This document shows, in pieces, positions 31,658 to 42,980 of a stretch of 64,000 bases of DNA; positions within the stretch are counted from its first letter, which is position 1; each line of letters starts with the position of its first letter. The stretch comes from an uncultured delta proteobacterium. GTDB taxonomy: Bacteria > Desulfobacterota > Desulfomonilia > Desulfomonilales > Desulfomonilaceae. The notes beneath the pieces are model-generated. The model ran no database searches and was not told the DNA's origin. It was given only the letters and a program-made list of their open reading frames with translations. The stretch is from positions 800,001 through 864,000 of the forward strand of contig CAWBKB010000001.1 in the NCBI GenBank assembly GCA_963789265.1, read 5' to 3'. Made by a program: the position numbers and the translations under genes.

Positions 31658-33833
31658 ATGGAAAACGACGCTCACTCTCTAAGGGAAGACCTCTATCGCG
31701 TCATTCAACATTACGCTGATTTGGCCGAATTGGCTAAGAAGGGAGAAGTCGACCCGCTTGGGCAAATCGGGAAAATTCTCAAAAAGACAGCCCCTTATCT
31801 TCTCATGGTCATACGAGACTTGCTGCCTCGGCTGGAACGGGATGAATTGACCTATTATGACATGCTCTTCAGCATTGTCAGGGCGGCCCAACAGTTTTCC
31901 GCGCTGGACGTACTCATTGACAGCCGAAAAGAGATCCAGAAGATCGAGAGTGACCAGAAACTCTTTCTCTGTGCGGTCAAGTGGCTGGACGCCCCAAGCA
32001 GACTTAGGCCCTCCCCACAAGAAGTCCAGGTCATTCGACGAAACCTGAATCAGTTGAATGAAAAATATAAGGAACGCTACGCTCCCAATGATGAGGACAC
32101 TACGGCACTCATCCCATGGTTTCTGATTCGTCAAGAAGATGAATCTCAGGGAAACCAGCCTTGCGCGAGTAGCGGACCTTGTCCGGAGAGCTGTCCTTGA
32201 GCTTCATCACCTTATGATCGAATACGAGCCGGCACGATCATTCTATCTGTTTACCAGAAATTCCAGAAAAGAGATGGAAGAAGATCTCGCGGATCTGGCA
32301 TGGTTTCTGTTCCGCTGCGGCTACGAGGTGAGTCGGATTGCCTCCGGATATTACAAGGGCCTTCTTTCTGAATTCTTGAATGAAAAGTTGCTGGACTTCT
32401 TGATTGAGACCAATCAAGATCTTGATACCCTTCAGGGGCTTTCGAACCATCTCTTCGCTCTGTGCCTCCTTGACTTCCCAAGTTTTTTTGAGATTCCGGC
32501 CGATTATATAGACTTCGATGATTCGCGCGAGCTTTCCCGCCAAATAAAATTTATGAAAAGCAAGAATAGGCGGGGCACGAATCTTCTTAAGAAAATGTTG
32601 ACACTTGAGAGGTTGTACGGAGGCAGGCCGCATGGCCGGTTAGCTTGGAATTTCCTCTTGTCCAGGTACTATACCGCGTTCGGAGATTATCACGGAGAGC
32701 ATCGCCATAGAGACCCGCGGAGCTTGCTCGCAATCCAAGTGTACAAACCGGTGCTTGATCGATCCGCTATGGACAAGCGGGCCGAGGCGGATCTCAAGGA
32801 GAGCGGTCGCTACTTTAGCTCAAAGACCAGAGAAGAGATGGCGGGACTGCTCAAGCTGGTGATGGATTCCCTGGAGAACCCCGGCAAAGTCAAGGGTGAA
32901 AAGGTCAAGGTCCTGGGGGACATCTCCTCAGGCGCTATGGGCAAGGTCAGCATAGGAATTTTTCGCAATCAGATTGTTGCGCTAAAAAAAGTGAAGGCTC
33001 ACATTTCGCCGTCTCTCGGCAATCCGGTGACGCTCCTGGCCTATGAAGCGGAACTCCACGCGAGGGTCCAGTCACCGGAACAACACCCGTACATTGTAGA
33101 GTATCACGGCATAGTGGAACAGAATGGCGAAAAGCTGCTAATGAATGGCTACCATCCTAACGATAATCTCACGCAACTCGTTGAAAGAAATTGGCAAGAA
33201 AAATATAAGCCGCCATTCGCCACGGAAAGCAAATTGAATCTGGGGACAATGGAAATCGTAATTAATCAGCTACTGGAGTGTTTGAGAGTGTTTCGGGCAA
33301 AAGGCGTGGTCCATAGGGATCTCAAGACCGACAATGTCCTGTATATGGTAGATGAGAACGAAAGAGTCAACTGCATAAAAGTTATTGACTTTGGCGTGGC
33401 GCTTGCGGTGGGGCAGGGGGCTGTCGCAGACCTTTTTAGAGGGAAGGTTGTAGGCACGTTCTCGTACATGGCCCCGGAACAAGCCAGAGGCAAGAGTGTT
33501 TTCCAGTCGGACTTATATAGCGTAGGGGCCATTTTCACGGTGCTGCTGACAGGCAAGCTGCCTATTGTCTTCCCAAGAACCACGAGTCGCCAGGAACTCA
33601 TCAAGCAAATATTCAGGATAGAACGTGAACCTCGCCCCAAATTGACCGAGCTTAATCCATTATTGAAAAAACATACGAGCCTCGAGCATGTTGCAGCTAC
33701 AGTCGAGAGCATGTTGGACCTGGATCCTCTAAGACGCCCCAATCCGGAAGAAGTCCAGGCGGCATTCGACGGCGTGTTTCAGCACCTGGGAGAGGCAAAG
33801 CATTCGATCAGCATTTATTACCACAAAGTTTAG
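31658..33833 (+). CDS. Cytoplasmic Hanks-type Ser/Thr protein kinase with a long helical N-terminus; probably one gene with a +1 frameshift near 32125
   Basis: GAMGKV, VALK, HRDLKTDN, DFG, YMAPE, SDLYS in ORF 32139-33833; overlapping ORF 31658-32200 is one frame off. Confidence 0.8.
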
Positions 33834-33907
33834 GGCAGGCTGAGATTGCTCTTGATTCGGTGCATGGGCTCACACCGATTCGCTTTCGAGCAAGTGAATC
33901 GGCTCCG

Positions 33908-34233
33908 GTAGCGGCGGGTTCCAAACCCGCCTCTACATGTCGTCATGCCCGCGTACGTGGGAATTAATCGTAGGGGCAGACCTATGGAGACTGTCTCAAA
34001 ATTCCGCACAAGGTTCGAATCGTGCCACGATGGCAGCCCGGCGCTGAAGCACCGGTCTACTTTCTATCGCCCCAATGGGGCTCAAATGCATGCGTCCTGT
34101 AGGGACTGGGGATAGTAGCCCGGTAATTCATTGCCGGGGCAAAAGTCTATCGTGCCACGCATTTTACTCATGCCCTGATTTTGAGACAGTTTGTATGTGT
34201 CTGCCCTGGGCGGACACGCGGGTCCACACCTAC
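33908..34233. repeat. GTAG REP cluster
   Basis: GTAGCGGCGGGTTCCAAACCCGCCTCTAC; split REP GTAGGGGCAGAC../..GTCTGCCC; GGGCGGACAC..CCTAC. Confidence 0.85.
33987..34193. mobile_element. 207-bp non-autonomous element (MITE) inserted in a REP loop
   Basis: TIRs GAGACTGTCTCAAAAT / ATTTTGAGACAGTTTG flanked by duplicated TATG. Confidence 0.8.
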
Positions 34234-34588
34234 TTGAACTCAAAGCTGAAAAACTCCATCGGTCAGTCCCTGCGGTCCGCAATAGTCGGCGTCAACGCAG
34301 GCAAGGACAACCTCCAGTGGATCGCGGCCAACCGGATCAAGAGTGTGACGGCCGCGCCCCCCAACATGGCCCAGCTCTCCGGAACGAGTACCCTCAGCAA
34401 GATCAGGTAAGCCCCACCACCGACAAGACATGCGGTAGCGTATATCTCTTTGCGAAAGAACAATGGTATTTCCGCGGAAAATGCGTCTCGTATGATGCCT
34501 CCTCCCAACCCGGTGATCATTCCCATTATTATGGTAATGAAGGGGCTGGTATTCTTGGCCAAAGCGGTGCTGCACCCCAGGACTGTGA

Positions 34589-36198
34589 GGGTGCCGCTAC
34601 TTTCTGTCAGGAGTTATGCGGCACGCGGTAGTTCTTGATCCCGGATCTCGGGAGAGTTTGTATCTTCGATGCCGTAGAGGCGTCGCCTCTCCGATCTTCG
34701 TCTATAATTCCAAAAGAGATCCCAGTCGTTGTTGATGTGAACGGCCCTCAGGTGGATCATGCTTTCCGCTCCATGGATCGTCCAACTCATCCCCGTGAGT
34801 TCCAATCTGTCGTTGATGAGGTTGCGACATGCTCCTTCAATGACCCCGCTGCCGATGGGATAGCCTTTTGCCAAGCAGATTTCGTACCGCATGTGCTTGC
34901 GGTTTCGTTGGAGATACCCGATGACTTGTTCGATGCAATGTTTCTTGGCGCCGGAGAGTTCCTGCTTGGTTAGCATCTGCTTGAGCCCGCCGATAAGCCT
35001 GCCGGCCCTGCCGCCCAGGAGCATTCTCAATCTCTCCGTCACGAATTCTCTGGCTTGCGGGCTGCCCTCGTCATAAAAGCAAAGAGCGGCTTTCCCCAAG
35101 TGTTCCAGGACGTGAAAGATGTCCAGCACGAAAAAGGCTGCAGGAAAATATGCGCATACCAGTGCCCAGAGAGAACGCTCTCCGTCCAGGATACAGACCA
35201 GCTCGTTACCTTTCGGCAATCGCTGTTCGACAGCCTTCTTCAGGCGGGCCACCGTCTTTTCCGAACCATCGGTGAGGCTGCCCCACGTAAGCTTGTCCTG
35301 GAGTTTGGGCCTGGAATCGAAACTACCCTCGTCCGATACCTCACGGACAATGTCGTCCTCCGTGCGGACGTAACGTGGAGTGACGTAGGTGGAGATCACG
35401 GTTGCCATCTTCTTCTTTCCGGGCTTGTCGGGATCAACGGAGACCCTCTCGGGACCGGCCCCGCCTTCCTGGGGCTTACGAATAACCACCCCCTTCTTGT
35501 CTACGGTAGCGACCGTTACCACAGCATCCGGACAAAGATCCGGCGGGGCCTTCTCTGCGTAGTATCGATCCACCTCGTCGCAGACGTCTCCCACAATGCT
35601 CTCCAGTGAACGAATTGGCATCCTTACGGGAAAGAAGGAACGAAAAATCTCCTCCGCATCCTCGTAGCTCATCGAAACCGCAAGCCGGGAAGAGAACTCC
35701 TGAACCAGGTATGAATAGCCTCTCTCAGGCAAGTTGATCTCTCCATCCAAAGGAAAGACTCCCGGTGAGCCGGTTGCGTGATAGTAGGCTCTCCGGATGG
35801 ATATCGTTCCAAAGATGGACCGATATGCACATCCCCTGTCACGAACATATGGCAATCGATGGCCCTGGGGTTCGATGATCTCCTTGCCGGCATATCCGGT
35901 CCCCTTTTCAGACACAAATTCTTCAAGAGCCGCTTTCCCGACCGCCATCACCATGGGAAGAAGCTGCCTTTCTACTTCCCCGATTTCCATTCCTTGCGCT
36001 GACTCTCGCACAAAGGCGAGAATCTCATTGACCAGCGAGATTATGTTCGGTATTCCTTGTTCCATATCCGGTCCTCCCCAGCGGATACATCGTTCGCCAA
36101 ACGTCATGTACCCCATAAGAGGACCGGAAACCACTCCTTTCTCCGTGCTATCTACTCGTTTTTACTTGAGCCACTCATGACAAGAAATCGCGGCACCC
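34589..36198 (-). mobile_element. Complete 1610-bp insertion sequence, ISKra4-like
   Basis: Imperfect TIRs GGGTGCCGCTACTTTCTGTCAGGAG / GGGTGCCGCGATTTCTTGTCATGAG; 9-bp TSD GGACTGTGA at 34580-34588 and 36199-36207. Confidence 0.92.
34614..36065 (-). CDS. DDE transposase (ISKra4/UPF0236-like)
   Basis: VDKKGV, LDGERSLW, LDIFHV.E, YPIGSGVIEGACR..I..R. Confidence 0.9.
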   Translation of the reverse strand: MEQGIPNIISLVNEILAFVRESAQGMEIGEVERQLLPMVMAVGKAALEEFVSEKGTGYAGKEIIEPQGHRLPYVRDRGCAYRSIFGTISIRRAYYHATGSPGVFPLDGEINLPERGYSYLVQEFSSRLAVSMSYEDAEEIFRSFFPVRMPIRSLESIVGDVCDEVDRYYAEKAPPDLCPDAVVTVATVDKKGVVIRKPQEGGAGPERVSVDPDKPGKKKMATVISTYVTPRYVRTEDDIVREVSDEGSFDSRPKLQDKLTWGSLTDGSEKTVARLKKAVEQRLPKGNELVCILDGERSLWALVCAYFPAAFFVLDIFHVLEHLGKAALCFYDEGSPQAREFVTERLRMLLGGRAGRLIGGLKQMLTKQELSGAKKHCIEQVIGYLQRNRKHMRYEICLAKGYPIGSGVIEGACRNLINDRLELTGMSWTIHGAESMIHLRAVHINNDWDLFWNYRRRSERRRLYGIEDTNSPEIRDQELPRAA

Positions 36199-36601
36199 GG
36201 ACTGTGAACACCGCCAGCCCCACTGCGTCTGCAACATTTAGTATCTTGCCGGGAATTTCTTCGAATTTCGTGACGCGGATATAGATAAACGTGAGGAGGC
36301 CGAAGATTACCGCAATCTCCAGGGCACTGGCATCAGTAACCCAATTGACCGGCCGCACATCGAGACAAAGGTCCCTCAGCGTTCCACCACCTATGCCGGT
36401 CAAAACCGCGGCAACCACGACACCGAATAGATCCATGTTCTTTCGGGCAGCAGCCATAGCCCCGCCAATAGCGAAGACCGCCGTCCCGAACAAGTTCAGG
36501 TAATAGATCACCTGGTCCACCTCCTCGCTACAATACTACGAAGGCGGCAAATGCCTGACTCTGCTTTGGTGTCAGGGAGTATACGGGCCATAATGGGCGG
36601 C

Positions 36602-38581
36602 TCAACCCGTCAGCATGCTTTCCTCAATTTCTTCCAACTTCGTCTGCAACTCCTCCCATCGGCTTTCCAGTTCTTTGATCTCCTTATCCAGGAGAGGAGC
36701 TGCTTCCAGAAGGGGAACAATTGATTCCTTGTTGTCATAAACGGCCGGATCTGCGAGTCGACTTTCTATTTCCTTTTTGCGGGACTCTTTGGCTTCAAGT
36801 TCTCGTTCTATCTTGTGGATCTGGTCTCTGATTGGAGCCTGTCTCTTGAACAGCGCGATCCTGTTCTGGGCTTCCCGCCGTTTGCGCTCCTTGCGGGATT
36901 CCCCTTTGGGAGCCGATTCGACTTCGCTAATAGCGGGCGTCGCATTCAGGGCTGGAACTTCCGGCTCAGCTTGTGACTCGAGTCTCTTTTTGTACTGGTA
37001 ATCCTCATAATTTCCGAGGTAGTACTCAGCGCTCCCCTTCTCGACTTCCAAAATGCCGGTGCAAATCGCATTCATGAGGCGGCGGTCGTGGGTGATGAGC
37101 ACAAGCGTCCCCCCGTAATTTTTCAAGCCTTCCTCGAGGATTTCACAGGAGGGAATGTCCAGGTGATTCGTAGGCTCATCCATTAGCAGCAAGTTAGGCG
37201 GTGACAGAAGTATCTTGGTGAGCGCCAACCTGCTCTTTTCGCCGCCGGAGAGCACTTTGACCTTTTTTTGCACTTCATCCCCGGAGAAGAGGAACACGGC
37301 AAGGAGATTGCGAACCTCCTGTTCCGGGATGCCGGAAGAAGCGCTGGATGTTTCCTCCAACACAGACCTCTCCAAGTTCAGGTTTTCGTACTGGTGCTGC
37401 GCACAATAACCTGGCTTGACCATATACCCGTACTTCACGGTCCCTCCCTCGTAAGGCAACTGCCCGGCAATGATTTTCATCAAAGTGGATTTGCCTGCAC
37501 CATTTGGGCCGACCAGCCCGATGCGATCTCCTCGGTCTACGTTGAGAGAGAATCCGTTGTACACAGTATTTTGGCCGTACCTCTTCACCAAGTCCTTTAT
37601 CTCCAGGACCCGCTTGCCGGAAGAAGGCGGCTGGGGAAAAGTGAACTTGAGGGTTTTTGGCCGTGGAGGGAGTTCGACCTTGTCCATTTTGTCCAGCATC
37701 TTGATTCGGCTTTGAACCCGGCTGGCAGACCGTGCTTTGACCCTGTTCTGGTTGACGAATTTCTGTATGCGTTTGATCTTCTCTTGCTGATTCTTGTATG
37801 AGGCGATCAGGATTTGATCCTGCATCTGCCTTGTCCTTTCGTACGTGTCATAGTTGCCGGAATACAAAGAGACCTTGCCCCGATTCACCTCTGCCAGCTT
37901 GGTCACCAATCGGTTCAAAAAGGCCCGATCGTGCGACGCCAGCACGAGCGCGCCCTTGAAGCCCGCGAGGTATTCTTCGACCCAGAGGAGACTTTCCAGG
38001 TCCAAGTGGTTCGTAGGCTCGTCCAGCAGGAGCACATCAGGTTCCGAAAGAAGAATCTTTGCAAGGGCTACCCGCATGCGCCAGCCGCCTGAAAACTCGC
38101 TCCAGCGGCGTTGCTCATCCCGGGGTTGGAACCCCAGGCCCTGCAGGACCTTTAACGCACGAGCCTCCAACGTATAACCGTCGTAACGCTCGAACTCCAG
38201 TTGGAGACGCCCCTGCTCCTCTATGAGGGATTCCGCGTGAGCGCTGTGTTCGGAAAGGACGGCCATTTCCTTTTGCAGATGGTGAAGGCGTTCGCCCACA
38301 TTTCGCAGATCCTCCGAGATGTTCATGACTTCTTCCAGGATCGGGCCGTCATTTCCCTGTATCAGCTCCTGGTGAAGCACTCCCATCCGGATTCGCTTCT
38401 CGATAGAGACATCCCCATCATCCGGCGTGATAACACCTTCCATCATGCCGAGAATTGTAGATTTGCCTGCGCCGTTGGGGCCGACTATTCCTATGCGGTC
38501 GCCCCTCTGAACGCTTATGTTCACGTCCTGGAACAGAGGTTTGCCATTGAAGAATTTTGAAACGTTATTAAGAAAGATCAA
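36602..38581 (-). CDS. ABC-F family ribosome-associated ATPase (YheS/Uup-like)
   Basis: Two NBDs (GPNGAGKST, SGGWRMR / SGGEKSR, LDEPTNHLD), no TM, C-terminal coiled coil; TTG start. Confidence 0.95.
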   Translation of the reverse strand: MIFLNNVSKFFNGKPLFQDVNISVQRGDRIGIVGPNGAGKSTILGMMEGVITPDDGDVSIEKRIRMGVLHQELIQGNDGPILEEVMNISEDLRNVGERLHHLQKEMAVLSEHSAHAESLIEEQGRLQLEFERYDGYTLEARALKVLQGLGFQPRDEQRRWSEFSGGWRMRVALAKILLSEPDVLLLDEPTNHLDLESLLWVEEYLAGFKGALVLASHDRAFLNRLVTKLAEVNRGKVSLYSGNYDTYERTRQMQDQILIASYKNQQEKIKRIQKFVNQNRVKARSASRVQSRIKMLDKMDKVELPPRPKTLKFTFPQPPSSGKRVLEIKDLVKRYGQNTVYNGFSLNVDRGDRIGLVGPNGAGKSTLMKIIAGQLPYEGGTVKYGYMVKPGYCAQHQYENLNLERSVLEETSSASSGIPEQEVRNLLAVFLFSGDEVQKKVKVLSGGEKSRLALTKILLSPPNLLLMDEPTNHLDIPSCEILEEGLKNYGGTLVLITHDRRLMNAICTGILEVEKGSAEYYLGNYEDYQYKKRLESQAEPEVPALNATPAISEVESAPKGESRKERKRREAQNRIALFKRQAPIRDQIHKIERELEAKESRKKEIESRLADPAVYDNKESIVPLLEAAPLLDKEIKELESRWEELQTKLEEIEESMLTG

Positions 38582-39068
38582 GTCTTTTCTCCGGTGATTA
38601 CAGAATTCGAGGCCAACGCCATTATAGACCCTTAGGGTCTTCTTTCCCAACCGTTCAGACTGCATCCGCCGAGTTTCGCGGACAATACGGTCCAATCATC
38701 TTATTAGAGTTTGACAAGCGACAACACTTGCTCAACAACATAAAAGGATGTGGTGAATCCCCTGGCAGGGGCAACAGCCCCGCGAGGCGCGGGACAAGCT
38801 ATGATATTTTTTTTGGCGCCCATAATCCGGGAATTACCGCATCACGTCCGAAAGTCTTGACCCCGCCGCTCCCACCGTGCTACAAAAAAAAGAATAATTT
38901 CCGACCGGCCTGACTCGGCACTCTACAATCCGAGACCACGTCTCCTTATGAAAGCTCGCAATTCAGTCGACTTGACGCAAAGGACGCTTGCGGTTCTCGA
39001 CGGTGGTAGGGGCCGAGCATCGCATAATGATTACATCAAACCTGACGGATCGGTGAACCGAGGAGACT

Positions 39069-40392
39069 ATGGCAGAGATAAAAGCTTTCAGGGCCGTTCA
39101 TTACAGCGGCGGTTTCTCGCAGGAGCTCGACCGGATAATAACTCCGCCTTACGATGTTATCTCCGCTGAAGAACAGGAAGCGTTTTATCGCTCCCATCCT
39201 CATAACATGATTAGGTTGGTTCTTGGAAAGCAGTATCCGGACGATTCATCTTCGAATAATCGTTACACGAGAGCCGCGACCACGCTGAGTCAATGGCTCC
39301 AAGAAGAGGTCCTGGTTCGGGACGAACGTCCTGCGTTCACTGTTTATCAGATGGAATTCGAACTACCTGACGGGGGCCGAGACTCAATAGACGGCATTGT
39401 TGCATTAGTCAAGGTGGACGATTACGGTAAAGGCAAGGTGCTGCCTCACGAAAAGACATATAAAGGCCCCAAGCAAGACCAACTGAACCTTCTCAAGGCT
39501 TGCAGGGCGAGCTTTACTCCTATCCATGCACTGTTCAGTGACGAACACGATGTGGTGGTCCGGGAGTATGGCCGTTTCATGCAGCGACCGCCGGAACAAG
39601 AAGCCCGTGATGCCAACGGAAGCATTCACCGGACGTGGACCGTCAGTGACGACGAGGCGATCGCTAAGATAAGAGGCGTCCTTCAAGAGGAGAGTCTGTT
39701 CATAGCCGACGGCCATCATAGGTACGAGACGGCTCTGGCCTTCAGGAACGAAGAGCGCGCTTCCCGACCTTCGCAGACCGGAGGTCCGCATGAGTACGTC
39801 ATGATGTTCCTCACATCCATGTCCCATCCGGGCTTGATGATCCTGCCCGCCCACCGCATGGTGAAGGGGCTGGCCGGACTTGACCTCGGGCAAATGCAAA
39901 CAATTCTAGAACCTTACTTTTCGGTGGAAGCGCTGCCTTTTTCGACTGAAAGCCGGGAAGAGGTGTCCAATACGCTTATACAGAGGATTCGCTCGTATTC
40001 GAATGTGGGCGGGAAATTCGGAATGGTGGTTCGGGGGGAAGACTGTTTTCGACTGATTAGACTCAAAGACTTTAAAGCGGTCGATTCTCTTATGGATGTC
40101 GATATTCCATCCACTTTGCCGCGGCCTGGATGTGACCATCCTGCGGGAAATCATACTGGGGCATGCCTTGGGACTGGACAAGGATAATGCCGAAGGGCAC
40201 ATAGAATACACGCCGTTGGTGAGCGTGGCTTTGAGCAGGGTCCTTAAGGGTGAAATTCAGGTTAGCTTTATTCTTAATCCCACGCGGGTAGACCAGATGC
40301 GTGCGGCTGCGGAGTTGGGTCATAAGCTGCCGCAGAAGTCCACGTATTTTTATCCTAAAATTTCTTCCGGTCTCGTGTTGAACGTTTTTTGA
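39069..40392 (+). CDS. DUF1015 family protein, +1 frameshift near 40119
   Basis: PPYDVI, PHEKT, IADGHHRYETA; C-terminal LPQKSTYFYPKI.SGL in the shifted ORF 40096-40392. Confidence 0.88.
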
Positions 40393-40469
40393 CGTCTGGG
40401 GCAAGTTGTTTTCGCTGAGTTGAAACTTCAGCGGAACGGAATCTCGGGCTGTTGACACTTAATTCTCAA

Positions 40470-41219
40470 ATGAAAGAAGCAGACGATTCCGTCAACGGCC
40501 TGTTCGGAAACAAAGTCCAGGTTATACAGGCGCTAAAGGGTTACCGAGTCTCGGAAGACGCGGTTTTCCTCACTTGGTTTGCGTGCCCCTGTCCGGGCGA
40601 ATTCGTGTTGGACGCGGGGACCGGGTGTGGGGCCATTGCCTTCGGCCTAGCGGTGAGAGAGCCTTCAATCATCGTTGTCGGCCTCGAAATCCAGGACGCG
40701 CCGGCCGCGCGGGCAGCAAAAGGTGTTCGACTCAATCGGCTTTCCGCTAATGTCGGCATTGTTCGCGGTGACTTCCGGGAAGCTGACAACTTTTTCCGCC
40801 CCAACATCTTCGATTTGGTGGTTTGCAATCCTCCCTATCACGAACTGGGCCGCGGACGAATAAGCCGGCATCAAGAAAGAGCTGTATCAAGACATGAGAT
40901 GATGATGCCTCTGGACGATCTCTTCAGAGTGTCCGCCAGGCTACTGAAGGCAAGCGGACGACTCTCCTTGATCTACCCGGCCTCCGGCATCGAACGTATT
41001 CGAAAGTGTGTGAAAACGGCTGGATTTGAGCCCGAGCGTATGCTATGGATTCACGCCCACGAGGGAGTTGAGCCGTCCCTGGTCTGCGTAGAGGCGACGA
41101 AGGATTTGGGCCGTGTGCCTCTGGTGGAATCTTCGTTATTCCTCTATGATGATCGTGGAGAAAGAACACAGGCAGCAAGAGCGATTCTGTCGGGCGAAGA
41201 TCTAAGGCCGCGTACTTGA
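40470..41219 (+). CDS. tRNA1(Val) A37 N6-methyltransferase-like (TrmN6/YfiC)
   Basis: LDAGTGCG, EIQ, VCNPPY, SRHE. Confidence 0.85.
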   Translation: MKEADDSVNGLFGNKVQVIQALKGYRVSEDAVFLTWFACPCPGEFVLDAGTGCGAIAFGLAVREPSIIVVGLEIQDAPAARAAKGVRLNRLSANVGIVRGDFREADNFFRPNIFDLVVCNPPYHELGRGRISRHQERAVSRHEMMMPLDDLFRVSARLLKASGRLSLIYPASGIERIRKCVKTAGFEPERMLWIHAHEGVEPSLVCVEATKDLGRVPLVESSLFLYDDRGERTQAARAILSGEDLRPRT

Positions 41220-41356
41220 AGTTCCTGCCTTCATCAGGTAGAAATCTTAATAGAGCGCATTGAGATTTGCGCCGAAGATGAGCCTGAAATCGAATAGCTT
41301 ATGAAGAAGACCCATCCATCCTATGAAGTATCGCCGGGCCTCGGGCACCGCGGGAG

Positions 41357-42586
41357 GTGAACTTGGAAGAATTTGTGCGAATCAAAAGACTTCCCCCTTA
41401 CGTCTTCCAGGTGGTCAATGAACTTAAGATGAAGCTGCGCCATGCCGGAGATGACGTCATCGATCTGGGCATGGGGAATCCTGACCTTCCCACACCCAAC
41501 CACATTGTAAGCAAGGTGATTGAGGCGGTGCAGAATCCTAGAAATCATAGGTACAGCGCATCCGCGGGCATACCCAAGTTGCGTCAGGCTTTTGCCGCCT
41601 GGTGGGGGCGGCGGTATGGGGTGGACCTGGATGCCGATACGGAAATTGTGGCGACCATGGGCGCAAAGGACGCTTTGGCACACCTCGTCTTGGCTATAGT
41701 CCAGCCCGGTGATGTGGTTTTCGCCCCCTCTCCGACGTATCCTATCCATCCATATTCTGTGGTCATAGCAGGCGGGGATCTAAGACACATCCCCATCAGA
41801 CCTGACAGTGATTTTTACGAGGATCTAAGGGCCGCTGCCCGCTTGACGTGGCCGTTACCCAAAATTCTGATAATTTCATTCCCTCACAATCCGACCACAA
41901 TGGTTGTGGACCAGGACTTCTTCAAGAGAATCGTGGACTTTGCCCACGAATACAAGATCATGGTGATACACGACTTTGCCTATGCAGACCTCACTTATGA
42001 TGGATTTAAGGCCCCGAGCTTCCTTGCAGTTCCCGGCGCAAAAGAAGTAGGTGTGGAGATCTTCTCCATGTCCAAAAGTTACGCCATGGCCGGGTGGCGA
42101 GTCGGATGCGCCGCGGGCAATGCCCAAATGATCGAAGCACTCAGGCGATTGAAGAGTTACATCGATTATGGAATGTTCCAGCCGATTCAGATCGCGGCCA
42201 TCATAGCCCTGAATGAGACGCAGGAGTGTGTTGGACATATCGTGGCGGAATATAAGGATCGGCGGGACGCTCTGTGTTCCGGGCTGAACGATTGTGGGTG
42301 GGAAGTGATCCCGCCAAAAGGGACAATGTTCGTGTGGGCTAAGATACCCGAGCAATTCCGGGCCATGGGTTCATTGGAGTTTTCCAAGCTGGTCGCGGAA
42401 CAGGCCAAGGTGGCAGTGAGCCCGGGCATAGGATTTGGACCTTTCGGGGACGAGTACGTCAGGTTCGCCCTGGTTGAAAACCGGATGCGAATTAATCAAG
42501 CGGTTCGAGGCATCAGACATTTCCTAACTCGTGAGCGCTCGAACGGAAAAATCGCGGGGGGCGAGGTACGTTCCGCGGCAGTGTGA
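41357..42586 (+). CDS. alaC: AlaC-like class I aminotransferase
   Basis: [42 protein letters not shown]. Confidence 0.8.
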   Translation: MNLEEFVRIKRLPPYVFQVVNELKMKLRHAGDDVIDLGMGNPDLPTPNHIVSKVIEAVQNPRNHRYSASAGIPKLRQAFAAWWGRRYGVDLDADTEIVATMGAKDALAHLVLAIVQPGDVVFAPSPTYPIHPYSVVIAGGDLRHIPIRPDSDFYEDLRAAARLTWPLPKILIISFPHNPTTMVVDQDFFKRIVDFAHEYKIMVIHDFAYADLTYDGFKAPSFLAVPGAKEVGVEIFSMSKSYAMAGWRVGCAAGNAQMIEALRRLKSYIDYGMFQPIQIAAIIALNETQECVGHIVAEYKDRRDALCSGLNDCGWEVIPPKGTMFVWAKIPEQFRAMGSLEFSKLVAEQAKVAVSPGIGFGPFGDEYVRFALVENRMRINQAVRGIRHFLTRERSNGKIAGGEVRSAAV

Positions 42587-42980
42587 TCCTACCGCTCGCT
42601 GCTCCGGTAGGTACGGGCGATCCTGCCCGTCAGTAGGATGTCCCACGAAACGCGGGATTGCCCGTCGTTTTTGGACGGAGCGGGTATCTGTCCAACCCGT
42701 GGGCAGTGTGCCATTTGTTTGAAAGCGCATAAGCACTGGCTGGATTTCCGCGCGCGGCAATGGCGTGAGAGATTGCTCTTGCTGTTTGTGCGGTATTACT
42801 CTCTTTGCGGAGGAGGCGTGCTGCTCTTCGCCTTTGATGCCTTGATGTATGACGCCCCCTTTGCGGCGTAGCACCGAAACGTATCAAGGTCTGAAGTCGT
42901 GTCATGCTTTCTTCTGATGTTCTCCGCCCCTGAAGTTCGTGCCGGACTTGCCTAAGTTTCACATTAAATGAGGACAGCGT

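Larger units (their letters stand above)
34263..36520 (-). pseudogene. TRIC/YadS (UPF0126) membrane protein interrupted by an IS
   Basis: N-half GTAVFAIGG..GIGGGTLRD..DAVGLAVFTV; removing the IS and one TSD restores LGCSTALAK..GLGGGIIRD..EIYATA. Confidence 0.92.

Noticed and set aside
32139..32200. Cys-rich end CPESCP-TGA of ORF 31658-32200 as a second selenoprotein
   Set aside because: It is the off-frame reading of the overlapping kinase ORF, and I see no SECIS-like hairpin
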